A stretch of DNA of 64,000 bases from NCBI RefSeq assembly GCF_006345805.1, contig NC_043003.1, forward strand, positions 42,780,001 to 42,844,000, read 5' to 3'. Positions 40,579 to 53,432 of the stretch are shown here, piece after piece; the first letter of the stretch is position 1, and every line of letters begins with the position of its first letter. The translations under genes were made by a program, and so were the position numbers. Origin of the DNA: Octopus sinensis (lineage: Eukaryota). The notes under the pieces are model-generated. The model was given only the letters and a program-made list of their open reading frames with translations. It ran no database searches and was not told the DNA's origin.

Positions 40579-40755
40579 GTTCAGGTCACTACCTGGAATC
40601 GAAGTCGGAATCTTGGGGTTAGTAGCCCGCGATCTTAACCACTACGCCATATGACCATGGGCATATGGCGAAGGCGTAGATGTTAATAATAATAACAATA
40701 AACAAGATGAGGACAATATCCGTCAAATGTAATATAATTAATGTAAATAATGTAC
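40391..40755 (-). mobile_element. tRNA-headed, HHR-bearing element with fold-back arm, copy A
   Basis: Minus: A-box TGGCGTAGTGG (40639-49), B-box-like GACTTCGATTCC (40595-606), (AAT)n, then GACAC-CTGATGA-A-G(G)CTG..CAGC-A-GAAAC. An inverted arm follows from the palindrome at 40645-70. Confidence 0.75.
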
Positions 40756-40777
40756 TAAAGGTAGAATAATGTACTTC

Positions 40778-40846
40778 CTATAAAGGCTGCAAAATTATCA
40801 CAAAACTTGCTCAGAATTTCGCGCTCCCGTTCGTTGGACAGTTGTT
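40778..40846 (-). repeat. Old repeat fragment with degenerate HHR-like layout
   Basis: Minus: AACTGT-CCAACGA-ACG(GGAG)CGC-GAAA-TTCTGAG; inverted homolog at 38476. Confidence 0.45.
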
Positions 40847-41549
40847 ATCCGGCTAACTTAATGTAAAACTCTGAAAAACAGTCCCCTGATAATTATGAGG
40901 CTGTAATGAAAAAAGAACGTTTTTGAGCGTGTGTACACACACACACATACACACACAGATGCGCATATTTGTGTGTCTTTGTTCAACTCTGCAAAATACA
41001 AAATACTCAATTCATAAATATAACAAAATATTATCGACCGCACACATTCTACTTATAAGTTCTACTTGTTCGCCGGTTCACTGCTGTATATCAGAATATA
41101 CTTTGCATATCAACGGAACACGAAAAGACGTTTCTACGATCAAGTTTGTACAGTAATCAGTCTGGCCGGCATGTATAATGAAAGTGAAGCTGTTGATAAT
41201 TACATATTCTAGCGATACAAATATGATGAGAAACGTAAATTGGCTAAAACGTCGTATATATTTGTAGTACTAGCTAACCAACAGCCTACATTAGTTATAG
41301 TACTAGTTAACCAACCAATGCACATCAATAAATAATGCGATACCAATTTTTAGAAATGTTTAGTATACTTTCATGAAGCATTTTCGTTGCAGCACACTTC
41401 AGAATCGATTTTCTTAATGTATTTTTCTAAATTATTTCTTTCGTTGCTCCAAAATATTGCTTTCGGGTTATATGTTGCTGCACTGAAACGCATCAACTAA
41501 TACTAAATATGAGTGAGTTGAATGAGTTCCTGCGTGTGTGTGTGTGTGT

Positions 41550-41620
<71 letters not shown>

Positions 41621-41996
41621 CGGAAATCTGTTGATTTTCCAGAAACGTAAATTACAAGACTCACTAGAGATGCAAATTATTTTTTCAGTATATTACAGCT
41701 GCAAAGCTCCGACTTCCAGTACTCCGAGTTAGTCGTTTCCGATCATCAGCTGTTGAACTGAGACTGCTTTTTCTTTGAAATATTCACTCTTTGAATATTT
41801 TTGAAAATATGAAATGAAAGTTTCAAGAAAACGTATTTATTTATACTGTTTTATTTTAAAATCTTTGAGAATGACATGTGCTAAACGGCTACTTCAAGTT
41901 CATTTTCGTAATACATGTGCGTCTGCGAATGTGCATGTACGTTAATTTATGTACCTATGTATGTATGTATGTATGTATGTATGTATGTATGTATGC

Positions 41997-42029
<33 letters not shown>

Positions 42030-42223
42030 TGTATGTATGTATGCATGTATGTCATTATTCAGTTCTATTTCAAGATTTCTTCCCAATTGAGAAAGAGCCG
42101 GTTTCTAACCTAGATGCAAGGCTCCTTCATTGGAATTTTAACATCAACAGAGTATGCATGTTTGTATGTATGCATGTATGTATTTACGTATGTATGCATG
42201 TATGTATGTATGCATGCATGTAT

Positions 42224-42261
<38 letters not shown>

Positions 42262-42343
42262 TTACGTATGTATGCACGTATGTATGCATGCATATAAGTA
42301 TATCTGTTTGTCTGTCTTTCCCTCGATATATACGTGGCTGTTT

Positions 42344-42393
<50 letters not shown>

Positions 42394-42599
42394 CATAGTC
42401 GTCAGCTTTATCTCGTATCAGAGAATATCCTTTCTTCTTTGCTAAAAGCTTCCAGTATGGCGATAGCGTTGATGACGAAGTAGACCAATTTTTACATAGA
42501 AGAGTCGATGGCATTAACTGTATGGTAATGTTGGTGGAAGACGAGGTCGATTTTGTCGAACCTTTCTCTCCTGTCGTTTGATTTCTTCCTTTATACAGA

Positions 42600-42626
42600 T
42601 AGATAGCTAGAAGGATGGATAGATAT

Positions 42627-42712
<86 letters not shown>

Positions 42713-42879
42713 TGATAGTTACGTATATATAGATACACATATACATATATTAGGGAAATGGGGGAGGTGTGAGAGACAAGAGAGAAAGAGAGAGTGAGAA
42801 AGAAAGAAAGAAAGAAAGTAAGAAAGAAAGAAAGAAAGAAAGAAAGAAGGGAAAGAAAGAAACCGAGAGAGAGAGAGAG

Positions 42880-42955
<76 letters not shown>
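42600..42955. repeat. Compound (AGAT)/(GAAA)/(GA)n microsatellites
   Basis: Direct reading. Confidence 0.9.
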
Positions 42956-42960
<5 letters not shown>

Positions 42961-43972
42961 TTCAGAAATAAATATATCTATAGAAGAAAAGGAAATGTGA
43001 AGCAATGAAAGGACAGCTTTTCTAAACGAATAATTTTCTGACATTTTTCCAGAAATATCGGAACTTAATAGCTGGAGACCATTGTATGATCGCATGTTTC
43101 ACTAAGGTCTAAAATATCAGAAGTAAACCTCCACTGAGAAATTACAATTCATAATTCAAATGCCTTTCCTTGTTTTTGGAAGCATGTTGATTTTCTGCGA
43201 GGAGATGGTCCTAGCATTTGACCTCTTTTCAGAATTCCCTATGGCTGTCAGTTTTTGTTTAGAAATGGACACATGATTTCAAATATCTACCTAAGTGGCT
43301 GATAACCATATTACATATATATTTTCTTTGCATTATCTCTTTGTCAAAGTTTGGAATAGAATAACTTTCCTTTACATTATATCGTATAGGTTGTCGGTGT
43401 TATCATTTTTGAGTTTAGAAATCGTTTCAAAACTCACTACAGAGGTCGCCTGATTTTTCTTTTATTGTTGAGAACTTCCTTATCTCTATGTACGTATGTA
43501 TGCATGCATTTATACATACGCACACAGAAACACATGTATATTTCTATGCATGTATGTACGTATACATGTATGTATGCATACATGTATTTATTTATCTTTG
43601 TACATACCATACATGAAACATGCACAGATTCACATACATATATTAGTACTCTTTGCTGTAATTGGTCCAACCGAAGTAGACTTCTTCCAAATATATGATA
43701 CTAGTGTAGAATTGTATATTCTTGTAGCTAAACCTGAAGTTTTATATAAATGAATACACGCATGTGTGTGAGTGTGTGCGTGTGAGCTGAAAGTTGCTTA
43801 CTTGTGCATCGTATATTTACTAAAAATGCACGTGTTTATATCTTTTCTTGTGACTAACTGCTTTTAGTAGTAATACAAATTCATTGGTATATTTCTCAGC
43901 CTCTGTGTTTATAAACAAGGATTTTTATATTAGTATTGCCTAACTATTTGCTTTCGCCTACCTATTACTTTT

Positions 43973-44285
43973 CAATCACGTGATCACGTGAGCGACCAGG
44001 CTATCAGATGTTGCTACACATCGCTGGTCACAATGCGCTTCGCATTGTTTTAGCCTTCAAATGACTCCACCCCACTGGCTAAGCGAGCAGGCCAACAGAA
44101 GAAAGAGTGAGAGAAAGTTGTGACGAAAGAGTACAGCAGGGATCACCATCACTCACTGCCAGAGCCTCGTGGAGCTTTAGGTGTTTTCGCTCAATAAACA
44201 CTCACAACACCCGGTCTGGGAATGGAAACCGCGATCCTACGACCGCGAGTCCGCTGCCCTAACCACTGGGCCATTACGCCTCCAC
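43973..44285 (-). mobile_element. tRNA-Arg-like SINE family C, 9-bp TSD
   Basis: Minus head gtggaggcg.aatggcccagtggttagggcagcggactcgcgg (TCG-like loop); ATTACTTTT at 43964 and 44286. Confidence 0.85.
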
Positions 44286-45104
44286 ATTACTTTTAAATAC
44301 TTATGTAAAACCACAGTATTTCATAAAATGAGTTTCCTATTCTAAGAGACTTTTGCTTCCTTCTGTTCTGATTAAATCTCAAATAACCGTCTGATATTTT
44401 GGCAAGCCTATTCTATGTGCTATAATTAATTCTTTTATTGCATATTTAGTCTCCTTTGCACGTTAAATTTCCTGCTTATTCCATGAAAATCATAACTTGC
44501 TTTTGATATGATTAATGTATTATTATTTTTTGACGTGATCAATGATTTTAAAAAATAATAAATTCTGCCGTAAGCATAAATCCAGCGTCACTATTACACG
44601 TCTTTGATTTTTGTCTCTTATTCTTGAGATGACATATTTTGTTGGTTACATATATTCTAGACTTTCCACTGTTTCACTTTCTTAATTCCAATTCATTTCT
44701 TTAATGTTTCATCATGTGCCTTTATGAGATTCACTCTGTTTATCTTAGCCTTTATTTCTCATCGCTATTATCAGATAGATATCCTCACAAAACTTCCGCG
44801 CTGTTCCTAATTATGTGTAAAGTTTGCTATGATTATTAGCAAAATTTCCTAAGCCTAACATTTCTTAACGTTAGTGTGCCTGACTTTTCTCTATTTCTAC
44901 GTGGAGTCTTTCATATAGTGAATTATCATTTTATCTTCATAGAGGAAAATGTAAGCTTTCAGCGAAATTAGATATTGATCAGTTTCAGTCCTTATCAGAA
45001 GCTATTGCATACACTTAATACAATTAAAAATGCACGCATATCGCAGTATTTTATCTTAACCCTTTTATAAAATAAGCGTTCATTTGAATGATAGAATTAT
45101 AAAT

Positions 45105-45283
45105 CATTTACATTATTCACATTTGACGGATATTTGTCCCCATTTTGTTTGTTGTTAACACAACGTTTCGGCTGATACACCCTCCAGCCATCTTGGGGAA
45201 ATTTCGAACCTGGGTTCTCATTCCTAAGGTATTTTTAGATGTTGTTGTTGTTGTTGTTGTTGTTATTATTATTATTATTATTA

Positions 45284-45326
<43 letters not shown>

Positions 45327-45406
45327 GTTCAGGTCACTGCCTGGAATCGAACTCAGAATCTTGGGGTAATAACATCCAAAAGATACCTTAGGAATGAGAA
45401 CCCAGT
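45105..45406 (-). mobile_element. tRNA-headed, HHR-bearing element with fold-back arm, copy B
   Basis: Colinear with copy A. B-box GAGTTCGATTCC. Retains GGCTG..CAGCC-GAAACGTT-GTGTT but lacks CTGATGA. 45367-45406 is an inverted copy of ~45205-45245. Confidence 0.75.
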
Positions 45407-45409
45407 TGA

Positions 45410-46745
45410 GAACTGGGGTCAGTGTGATCGACTAGGCCCCTTCCCCAAATTTTTAGGCCTTGTGCCAATAGTCAAAAGAATTATTAAATCAATGAGTAAG
45501 GCGAGGTAACAGTCGTCGTTAAAGCAACAGAAAAATGCTTTGTATTGTCCTTTCTCCTTTTTTAAATTCTACCGAAGTCAGCTTTCCTTTCGGTTCTTTG
45601 AAGGTAATACAATAAGTACCAATCAAATTCTCTGATCTATGGTTTAGAATAATACCTTCCCTTCAAAAATATTGATCTTGTGCCTCAATTAGAGACAATT
45701 AATATTCTTGTTATCATTACGATAATGAGGTCGACTTTGCCTTTCATCCTTTCGGGGTCGATTAAATAAGTACCAGTTACGCACTGGGGTCGATATAATC
45801 GACTTAATCCGTTTGTCTGTCCTTGTTTGTCCTCTCTGTGTTTATCCCCTTGTGGGTAGTAAAGAAATATTTCGCCTGTCGCTACGTTCTGAGTTCAAAT
45901 TCCACAGAGGTAGACTTTGCCTTTTATCTTTTCGGGGTCGATTAAATAAGTACAAGTTACATACTGGGGTCGATATAATCGACTTAATCCGTTTATCTGT
46001 TCTTTTTTGTCCTCTCTGTTTAGCCCCTTGTGGGTAGTAAAGAAATAGAAATATGTATTTCACCCGTCGCTACGTTCTGAGTTCAAATTCCGCCGAGGTG
46101 GACTTTGCTTTTCATCCTTTCAGGGTTGATAAATTAAGTACTAGTTACGTACTGATATCGATCTAATCGATTGGCCCTCTCCCATAAAATTTCAGGTCAT
46201 GTGCCTATAGTAGAAAGGATTATATATTACGGCTCTCTACGATCTGAGTTCAAATTTTACTGAGGCCAACGTTGTCTTTCATACTTTCGGAGTGGATGAA
46301 ATAAGTGCCAGCCAAGTACTGAGGCTGACGGTATCACCTAACTTTCCTTCTAAATTGTTGGTCTTATAAATATATTAGAAACCATTATCAAGGTAATGGT
46401 GTGGTAGAAGGCGTCAAACTAATTTTTTTCTTTTTGTTCTGTAATTATATCTCTATGTTTTTAAGTTTAAATCCACCTGAAATCAGCTGTGCGTATTGGC
46501 TTTCCCGACTTAATAAAACAAAAATAGGTATCAGTCACGAACTGCTGTCGATATAATTCACTGGTCCCCCTTCACGAAATTTCGGACCTTGTACCTATAC
46601 TAGGAACAAATATTGTTTTCTTTTCTGCTCTAGACACAAGGCCCGAAATTTGGGAGTGTGGGGTCACTCGATTAGATCTACCCCAGTAGGCAACTGGTAC
46701 TTAATTTATCGACTCCAGAAAGGATGAAAGGCAAAGTCGAACTAA
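45410..46745 (+). mobile_element. Cluster of about 8 SINE family B copies or fragments (last one on minus strand)
   Basis: Repeated acgttctgagttcaaattcc..gaggtcgactttgc..ttcatcctttcggggtcgat..ataagtaccagtt units. Confidence 0.85.
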
Positions 46746-47669
46746 AAACAAATATTGAGATAATGGAGTGGTAGAACACGTAAAATATAGAACTAGCATG
46801 TTTGAGAAATTTGATTATGATTCTGTGAGTTCAAATCCAGTTAGCAGCTATATTTTAATAAAACTTTTATAAATTTACGATAATATCGATTTTTAAAAAT
46901 GCATAAATTTAAATGACAAGTTACAAAAAAATAATCTTAAAATACATGAAGTTTTCTGAGTCTATAGTGTACGGTTTCACTATATGTATACTTGTATATA
47001 TATTCCAACATACATGCTTTCCCCACACCCCTCCAATTGTATTTATATGTATATTGTGAAGTAATTATATGCAGAGTATATTAAAATTCCCGTTAATCCA
47101 CAAACATGTATTATATTAGTCTTTGTTTAATAAGACAAACTCATTCTATTTAAATGTGACGTTTGCAACTTAATGAAAACTGCTTCCCCTATAGAAATAG
47201 CTTGTTGTAATAGCTGTCCACAACGTACTTCCGGCCGTTTCTGAAGCTGACAATAGAAATTTTACTTAGCTTAAGTTATTCCAACCAACAGCTACTTCTA
47301 TTGTGAAATACTTCTCATTCGTTCGTAATTACTAAAAGGAACTACTTCATGCATGATTTCATGTCATGTGTGTGTGCATATACATACATATATATGTATA
47401 TATATTCTTACGTATGCATATATGTTTGTGTGTAAATATATATATATAGCATATGTTAATTGTTGTAAATAGCTTCAATTGTTCGCTACTGCTGAGGTAC
47501 TTCAAGAACTTTTAGGGGATCCTACAATATGTCCCGAAACAATCACTAAATTCCAATTATGATATTTCCCAGTTAAAATGTCCGAGTGAAGCGCTCCTTA
47601 GTTCACTTAGAATTTCACAAATATTGGCTACAGGAAACTGCTACTGTTCTCGTTGTTGATGTTGACGAT

Positions 47670-47686
47670 AATGATGATGACGATGG

Positions 47687-47738
<52 letters not shown>

Positions 47739-47770
47739 ACGATGATAGCGACATCGATGATGATGATGTT
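47670..47770. repeat. (GAT)n microsatellite
   Basis: Direct reading; source of the poly-D ORF. Confidence 0.9.
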
Positions 47771-48424
47771 GGTGGTGATGGTGTTGATGTTTGTGGTAGT
47801 GGTGCTCGTAATGGTGACATTGGTTTTGATAATGTTTCTAATATTGGTGAAGTTATTTGTGGTGGTGATGGTGATTCCCTTTGTGGCCAGAATCGAACAG
47901 GCTAGGGTCAATGGTCGTCAGGCTAGTCACGTGTTCGTGATACTTGTTTATTCTTACTTATTGTTCTCTAACACTAGGTTTATTATCATCAAGCAGACAT
48001 ATGAGATAAGGCATTCCATCCGTGACCACTACCTTTTTATCTTTCAAATTTTAACTTTTTGTCTTGGGACAGTAATATGTGATATGAGAGAGATTGGCTA
48101 CTATTTCTAGCAACAGGAGACGGCTTCGTGGTGTTGTTGCTGGTGATAATAATAATATTTTTGTTATTTAGCTTCACGTCAGCCTTCATCGAACTGACCT
48201 ATAATTAAAGATATCAAAGATGTGTCCGAAACACTTTTTTGTATATTCAGCCCTTTGTCTGACCTGTGTATCACATGATACACAGGACAGTATTTCCTTG
48301 GCGTCCATGCATCATATATGATGCACATTCCGAATTTTTTTCGACTACCAGAGGAAATTGGGACTTATGGAAGGAATGTTTTATATTATTCAAGGCGTAT
48401 AAAGGAAAAACTAACCAAATGTGT

Positions 48425-48537
48425 GTCAACAAGGCGGCGCGCTGACAGAAACATTAACGCTCCTGGCGAAATTCTTAGCGGTATTTCGCATGTGTTTACA
48501 TTTTAAGTTCAAATTCCGCCGAAGTCGACTTTGCTTT
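48425..48537 (+). mobile_element. SINE family B head, interrupted
   Basis: ggcggcgcgctgacagaaacattaacgc...gttcaaattccgccgaagtcgactttgcttt. Confidence 0.75.
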
Positions 48538-48869
48538 CTAACAGCCTGCTCGTGAAATTAACGTGTAAGTGGCTGAGCACTCCACAGACACTTGTACCCT
48601 TAACGTAGTTCTCGGGGATATTCAGCGTGACACAGAGAGTGACAAGGCCGGCCCGTTGAAATACAGGTACAACAGAAACAGGAAGTAAGAGTGAGAGAAA
48701 GTTGTGGTGAAAGAGTACAGCAGGGATCACCACCATCCCCTGCCGGAGCCTCGTGGAGCTTTAGGTGTTTTCGCTCAATAAACACTCACAACGCCCGGTC
48801 TGGGAATCGAAACCGCGATCCTATGACCGCGAGTCCGCTGCCCTAACCACTGGGCCATTGCGCCTCCAC
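48538..48869 (-). mobile_element. SINE family C copy with different tail, 12-bp TSD
   Basis: Head and body match 44100-44285; CGACTTTGCTTT at 48526 and 48870. Confidence 0.88.
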
Positions 48870-48881
48870 CGACTTTGCTTT

Positions 48882-49063
48882 AGAGGCGCAGGAGTGGCTA
48901 GAGGCGCAGGAGTAGCTGTGTGGTAAGTAGCTTGCATACAAACCACATGGTTCCGGGTTCAGTCCTACTGCGTGGGACCTTGGGCAAGTGTCTTCTACAA
49001 AACCTTGTGAATGGATTTGGTTAACGGAAACTGAAAGAAGCCCGTCGTATATATGTATATATA

Positions 49064-49109
<46 letters not shown>

Positions 49110-49324
49110 TGTGTGTGTCTGTGTTTGTTCCCCCCAACATCACTTGACAACCGATGCTGGTGTGTTCACGTCCCTGTAACTTAGCGGTTCGGCAAAAGGG
49201 ACCGATAGAATAAGTACTAGGCTTCCAAAGAATAAGTCCTGGGGTTGATTTGCTCGACTAAAGGCGGTGCCCCAGTATGGCCGCAGTCAAATGACTGAAA
49301 CAAGTAAAAGAGTAAAAGAGTAAA
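48882..49324 (+). mobile_element. SINE family A copy with duplicated 18-bp head
   Basis: agaggcgcaggagtggct-agaggcgcaggagtagct; tail gactgaaacaagtaaaagagtaaaagag. Confidence 0.85.
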
Positions 49325-50124
49325 CAAGCGAAGACATTTCGAACAAACCCATGAAAACACTTCGGATAGGCAAAAGGTTAACATTACATTTTAAGAAGTG
49401 TCCTCTCTTTTTGTACTATGGTTGCATGGTGGTGGTGGTGGCAGTGGCGGTGGTGAAATTTGAATACTATTTTTAGCAGGTTAGTTATGCACTTTAAGTC
49501 TCCTTAATCGGCTGAGGATTGTGATGTTGACGACTATGTCGGTGTGAATGGACCGATAATATAGAGTCGCTTTTGTTGTTGCTGTTTTGTAGCTCCAATT
49601 CTGCTCTGGTTGATGATATTCCTGATCAAGGATATTCTATGACCAACGCATACTTTCCTATACCTAAGACTATTTGGCCAATGCATCCTTCTTTCCTTTG
49701 AAGATTTTAGAATGTAATTAAACGGAATTTGACTATTTCTAACAGGGTAAGCGACGGCAAAAAGGCTCCCTCTTTGGCTAACGTTGTTGATATTGTTGCG
49801 AACTGGGCAAAACTGTGATGAAATGTATTCCACCCGTAACCATCTCGTCTTTTATGGCTTCATAGTGCTATGTAGGATTACATTTTTTAATGTGCTCTTT
49901 CTTTAAGACAAGTGAGATTTGATATTTGGTTGATATTTCAAAGAGGCTAAATGATCACGTAGCAACTCCCTCGAGGTATTTTTGGTATTGATGCTGACAT
50001 GGTGTCAAGATTTCGTCATCGTTGTTGTTGCTATTCATGAGCCGAAAAGCAATGGAACTGTAAAAGAAATCCATATGCATTTCAAATGAAAAACATGAGC
50101 ATATTAGAAAATACGTCTTGGTAA

Positions 50125-52040
50125 GACGGCGTGCTGGCAAAATCGTTAATGCGCCGGGCAAAATTCTTAGCGGTATTTCGTCTGTCTTTACGTTCTGAGT
50201 TCAAATTCCGCCGAAGTCGACTTTGCCTTCCGGGGCCGATAAATTAAGTACCAGTTGTGTACTGGAATCGATCTAATCGACTGGACACCTCCCCTAAATT
50301 TTCAGACCTTATGCCTAGGGTAGAAAGGACTATACAAGGTTTTCCCACCATATTTGTCGTTGATTTTTGTCAACATCAACCAAAAATTCATCATCATCAT
50401 CTTCACTTTCATTAGCTTCAATGCTGATTATGGCCAGCTTTAATTTTGCCATCGTCACCTTGAACGTCTCCGCTGTAGGATGAAACGAATTCTAATTATG
50501 AATAGATGTCAATGTTTACTTGTCGCTGAATTGCAGAAGTTTGGTAAATGGTTGTATGTTTTATATGATAAAAAATAAGTCGTGCATTATATCAACGCAA
50601 ATATACATAAATTAGATGTTAAAAAATATTTTATAATATACACAATAACAACATGACAAAGAAAAATAATATCACTTGAATCTTTATATCATTATTCCCA
50701 TTTCTTAACTCTCTTGGCATATTCCTAACAACAAATCTAGTGCAGTCATCTTGGGTAATCATTGTCAGTTTGGTGTCCATATATTTTGTCGTGCATATAT
50801 TCGTTTCAAATTTTGGCGCAATGCCAGCAATTTCAGGGAGGAGGAAAGTCGATTGCATCGACCCCTGTGCTCGACTGGTACATATTCTATCATCCCCAAA
50901 AGAGAGAATGGCAAAATCGACCGCGGCGGAATTTGAACATAAAACGTGAAGACGGATTAAACGCCACCAAGCATTTTTCCCGGCGTGCTAATGATTCAAC
51001 CAGGTCACTGCCTTTTCTTTTCTCGTACATAGATTCATTTGAAATTTTAGCAAAAAGTCAGCAATTTCAGTGGAGAGAGAGAGTCGATTACATCGACCCC
51101 AGTGCTTAAATGGTACTTATTTTACCATCACCGAATGGATGAAAGGAAAAGTCGACCTCGGTGGAATTTGAACGCAGAGTGTGAAGAAGGCCTAAATACC
51201 GCTAAGCATTTTCCCCGGTTTATTAACGACTTTGCCAGCTCACCGATATATTGACATTTATCAACCGTGTACTCGTAAACATTTTCTACCGTTCTAGCCA
51301 AGAGAAGATACAGTCTACTCCGTGAAGCACTGGTGTTATGTGTGCCTTGCATGGGTTGAGCCATATTTGTGAGTATCTGTTGCGTAGAATAGGAATTACA
51401 TGTGCTGTTGGTGGTGAGTGTGATGCGTTATAGCATGGGCGTTTAGCGGCATCACTTCCAGCTTTACGTTCTGAGGTCAAATTCCGCAGATGTCAAATTT
51501 GCGTTTCATACTTTCCGTTTCGGTAAAATAAATACTATTAGAGACGTAATCGAGTAGTCCCCGCCTCTTCCAAAATATCAGGCCTTGTGTCTACAGTAGA
51601 TTTTTTGTTGTTGGCAGAATCATTAGAACGTCTAACAAACAGCCCAGTGAAATGTGTTCTGGTTTTTTCTATTGTTTTTGATCTGAGTCCAAATGGTGCG
51701 GGGGTCAATTTGGCTTCCATGCTTCTTTCTGGAGTCAATAAGTTAAAATACCAATCAATATCGAGCGTCAGATCAATCGACCGACTTCTCAAACTTTGTA
51801 GTCTTGTAGAAATGTTAAAATGTAAGACGTAGTCAGGGCCACAAGCTGATAAAACCGTTAGCACACTGGATAAGATGCTCAACAGTATTTCGTCCGTCTG
51901 TACGTTCTGAGTTCAAATTCTACCAAGGTCGACTTTGCTTTTCATCCTATCCTGGTCGATAAAATAAGTATCATTTGTACACTAGGATCGATGTAATCGA
52001 CTAACACCTCTCTCGAAATTGCTGGCTTTGTGCCAAACTG
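50125..52040. mobile_element. Cluster of about 6 SINE family B copies, mixed orientation
   Basis: Plus copies at ~50125, 51430, 51610, 51835; minus copies at ~50780-51000 and 51030-51245. Confidence 0.8.
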
Positions 52041-52311
52041 AATCTAGTATACGTAGTAGTCATAGAAGTTGTTGTAAAGGTGGTGGTGGAAATAGTGGTA
52101 GCAGCAGCAGTATCGTTAGTAGTATGAAGAGGAAAAGGAAAAGAAATGGGAGATACTGTAGTAATATTTTTTGACTTCAATTATAATTATGCACGCGACG
52201 AGAGGACAGAATACATGTAATTAGGAAATATTGATATGCGAAAGAGTTTATTGGAAAAAAAAAGAATGTCTTGGAATGTGAGTGTCCGTACATATACATG
52301 TCTATGCGTGC

Positions 52312-52376
<65 letters not shown>

Positions 52377-53192
52377 CTTGAGCATGTGCACCTTAAATGT
52401 GTATACATGTGTGTGAGTGAGACGGATAGGAAGGGAATAAATGGATGTATCTTTATTTCAATCTTCATAGATAAAATTTATATTTGTATATATTTGCATT
52501 CATATGCAAACACATAGACACACACACACACACAAATTCATACATATATATGATTCTGAGAGTATATGTTCGAGAGTATGTGCGTATATGCACATGTATT
52601 TATCTACCTGTGTATGTATATATATAAATACATATATACATATATACACACATATTTGTATAAGTATATATATATATGTATACGTATATGTATATGTGCG
52701 TATGTTTGTATGAATGTTGATTACAATACATGTGCCGGCGTGTTTTAAATGTTGGCAAGAAATAATAAAGCGCAGGTATCAGATACATTTGTTCTTTTGA
52801 AAAAAAATTTTCGTATCTTAGTCATCCAAATTATGAGGAACACAAGATAGTATTAATTCCTTTGGTAAATAATGGGAAATTTTGTTCATTAAATGAACAT
52901 TTTTCATGCCAGTATTCTCAACTCGATAAATTAAATTTATAAACAGATATTAAAATAAGCCCCAAACCCACACACCTACAATACATACATACATACATAC
53001 ATACATACATACATACATACATACATACATACGTACGTACATACATACATACATACATACATACACACGCACACACACACACATACGTATGCCTATATCT
53101 ATATCGACATCGATATCTGTCTATTTATCTATCTATCCATATATAGCATGTATATATGTATATTATATATCTTATGGTTGATATATATATAT

Positions 53193-53241
<49 letters not shown>

Positions 53242-53399
53242 ATATATATATATATATTATATATATATATCCATCCATATATATAATATATGTGTGTGTG
53301 TGTGTGATGTATATACATACATACATATTATATATACACACACACATATATATATATAAATATATATATTGTATATATATAGTATGTATATATATCATA

Positions 53400-53432
<33 letters not shown>

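Noticed and set aside
41731-41750. Minus-strand CTGATGA-TCG-GAAAC hammerhead look-alike
   Set aside because: Only 3 nt between core halves, so there is no stem II, and no stem I or III.
45725-46225. CRISPR-like or other prokaryotic repeat array
   Set aside because: Units are ~180-bp SINE copies without unique spacers, and the context is eukaryotic.
47514-47545. gggatcctacaatatgtcccgaaac resembling stem II of the 21.7-kb HHR
   Set aside because: The CTGANGA core is absent and the flanks do not align.
47586-48110. 174-aa ORF with poly-Asp and hydrophobic stretch
   Set aside because: Built on (GAT)/(GGT)n repeats.
49534-49833. 99-aa minus ORF, possibly an RTE remnant
   Set aside because: No motif could be aligned with confidence.
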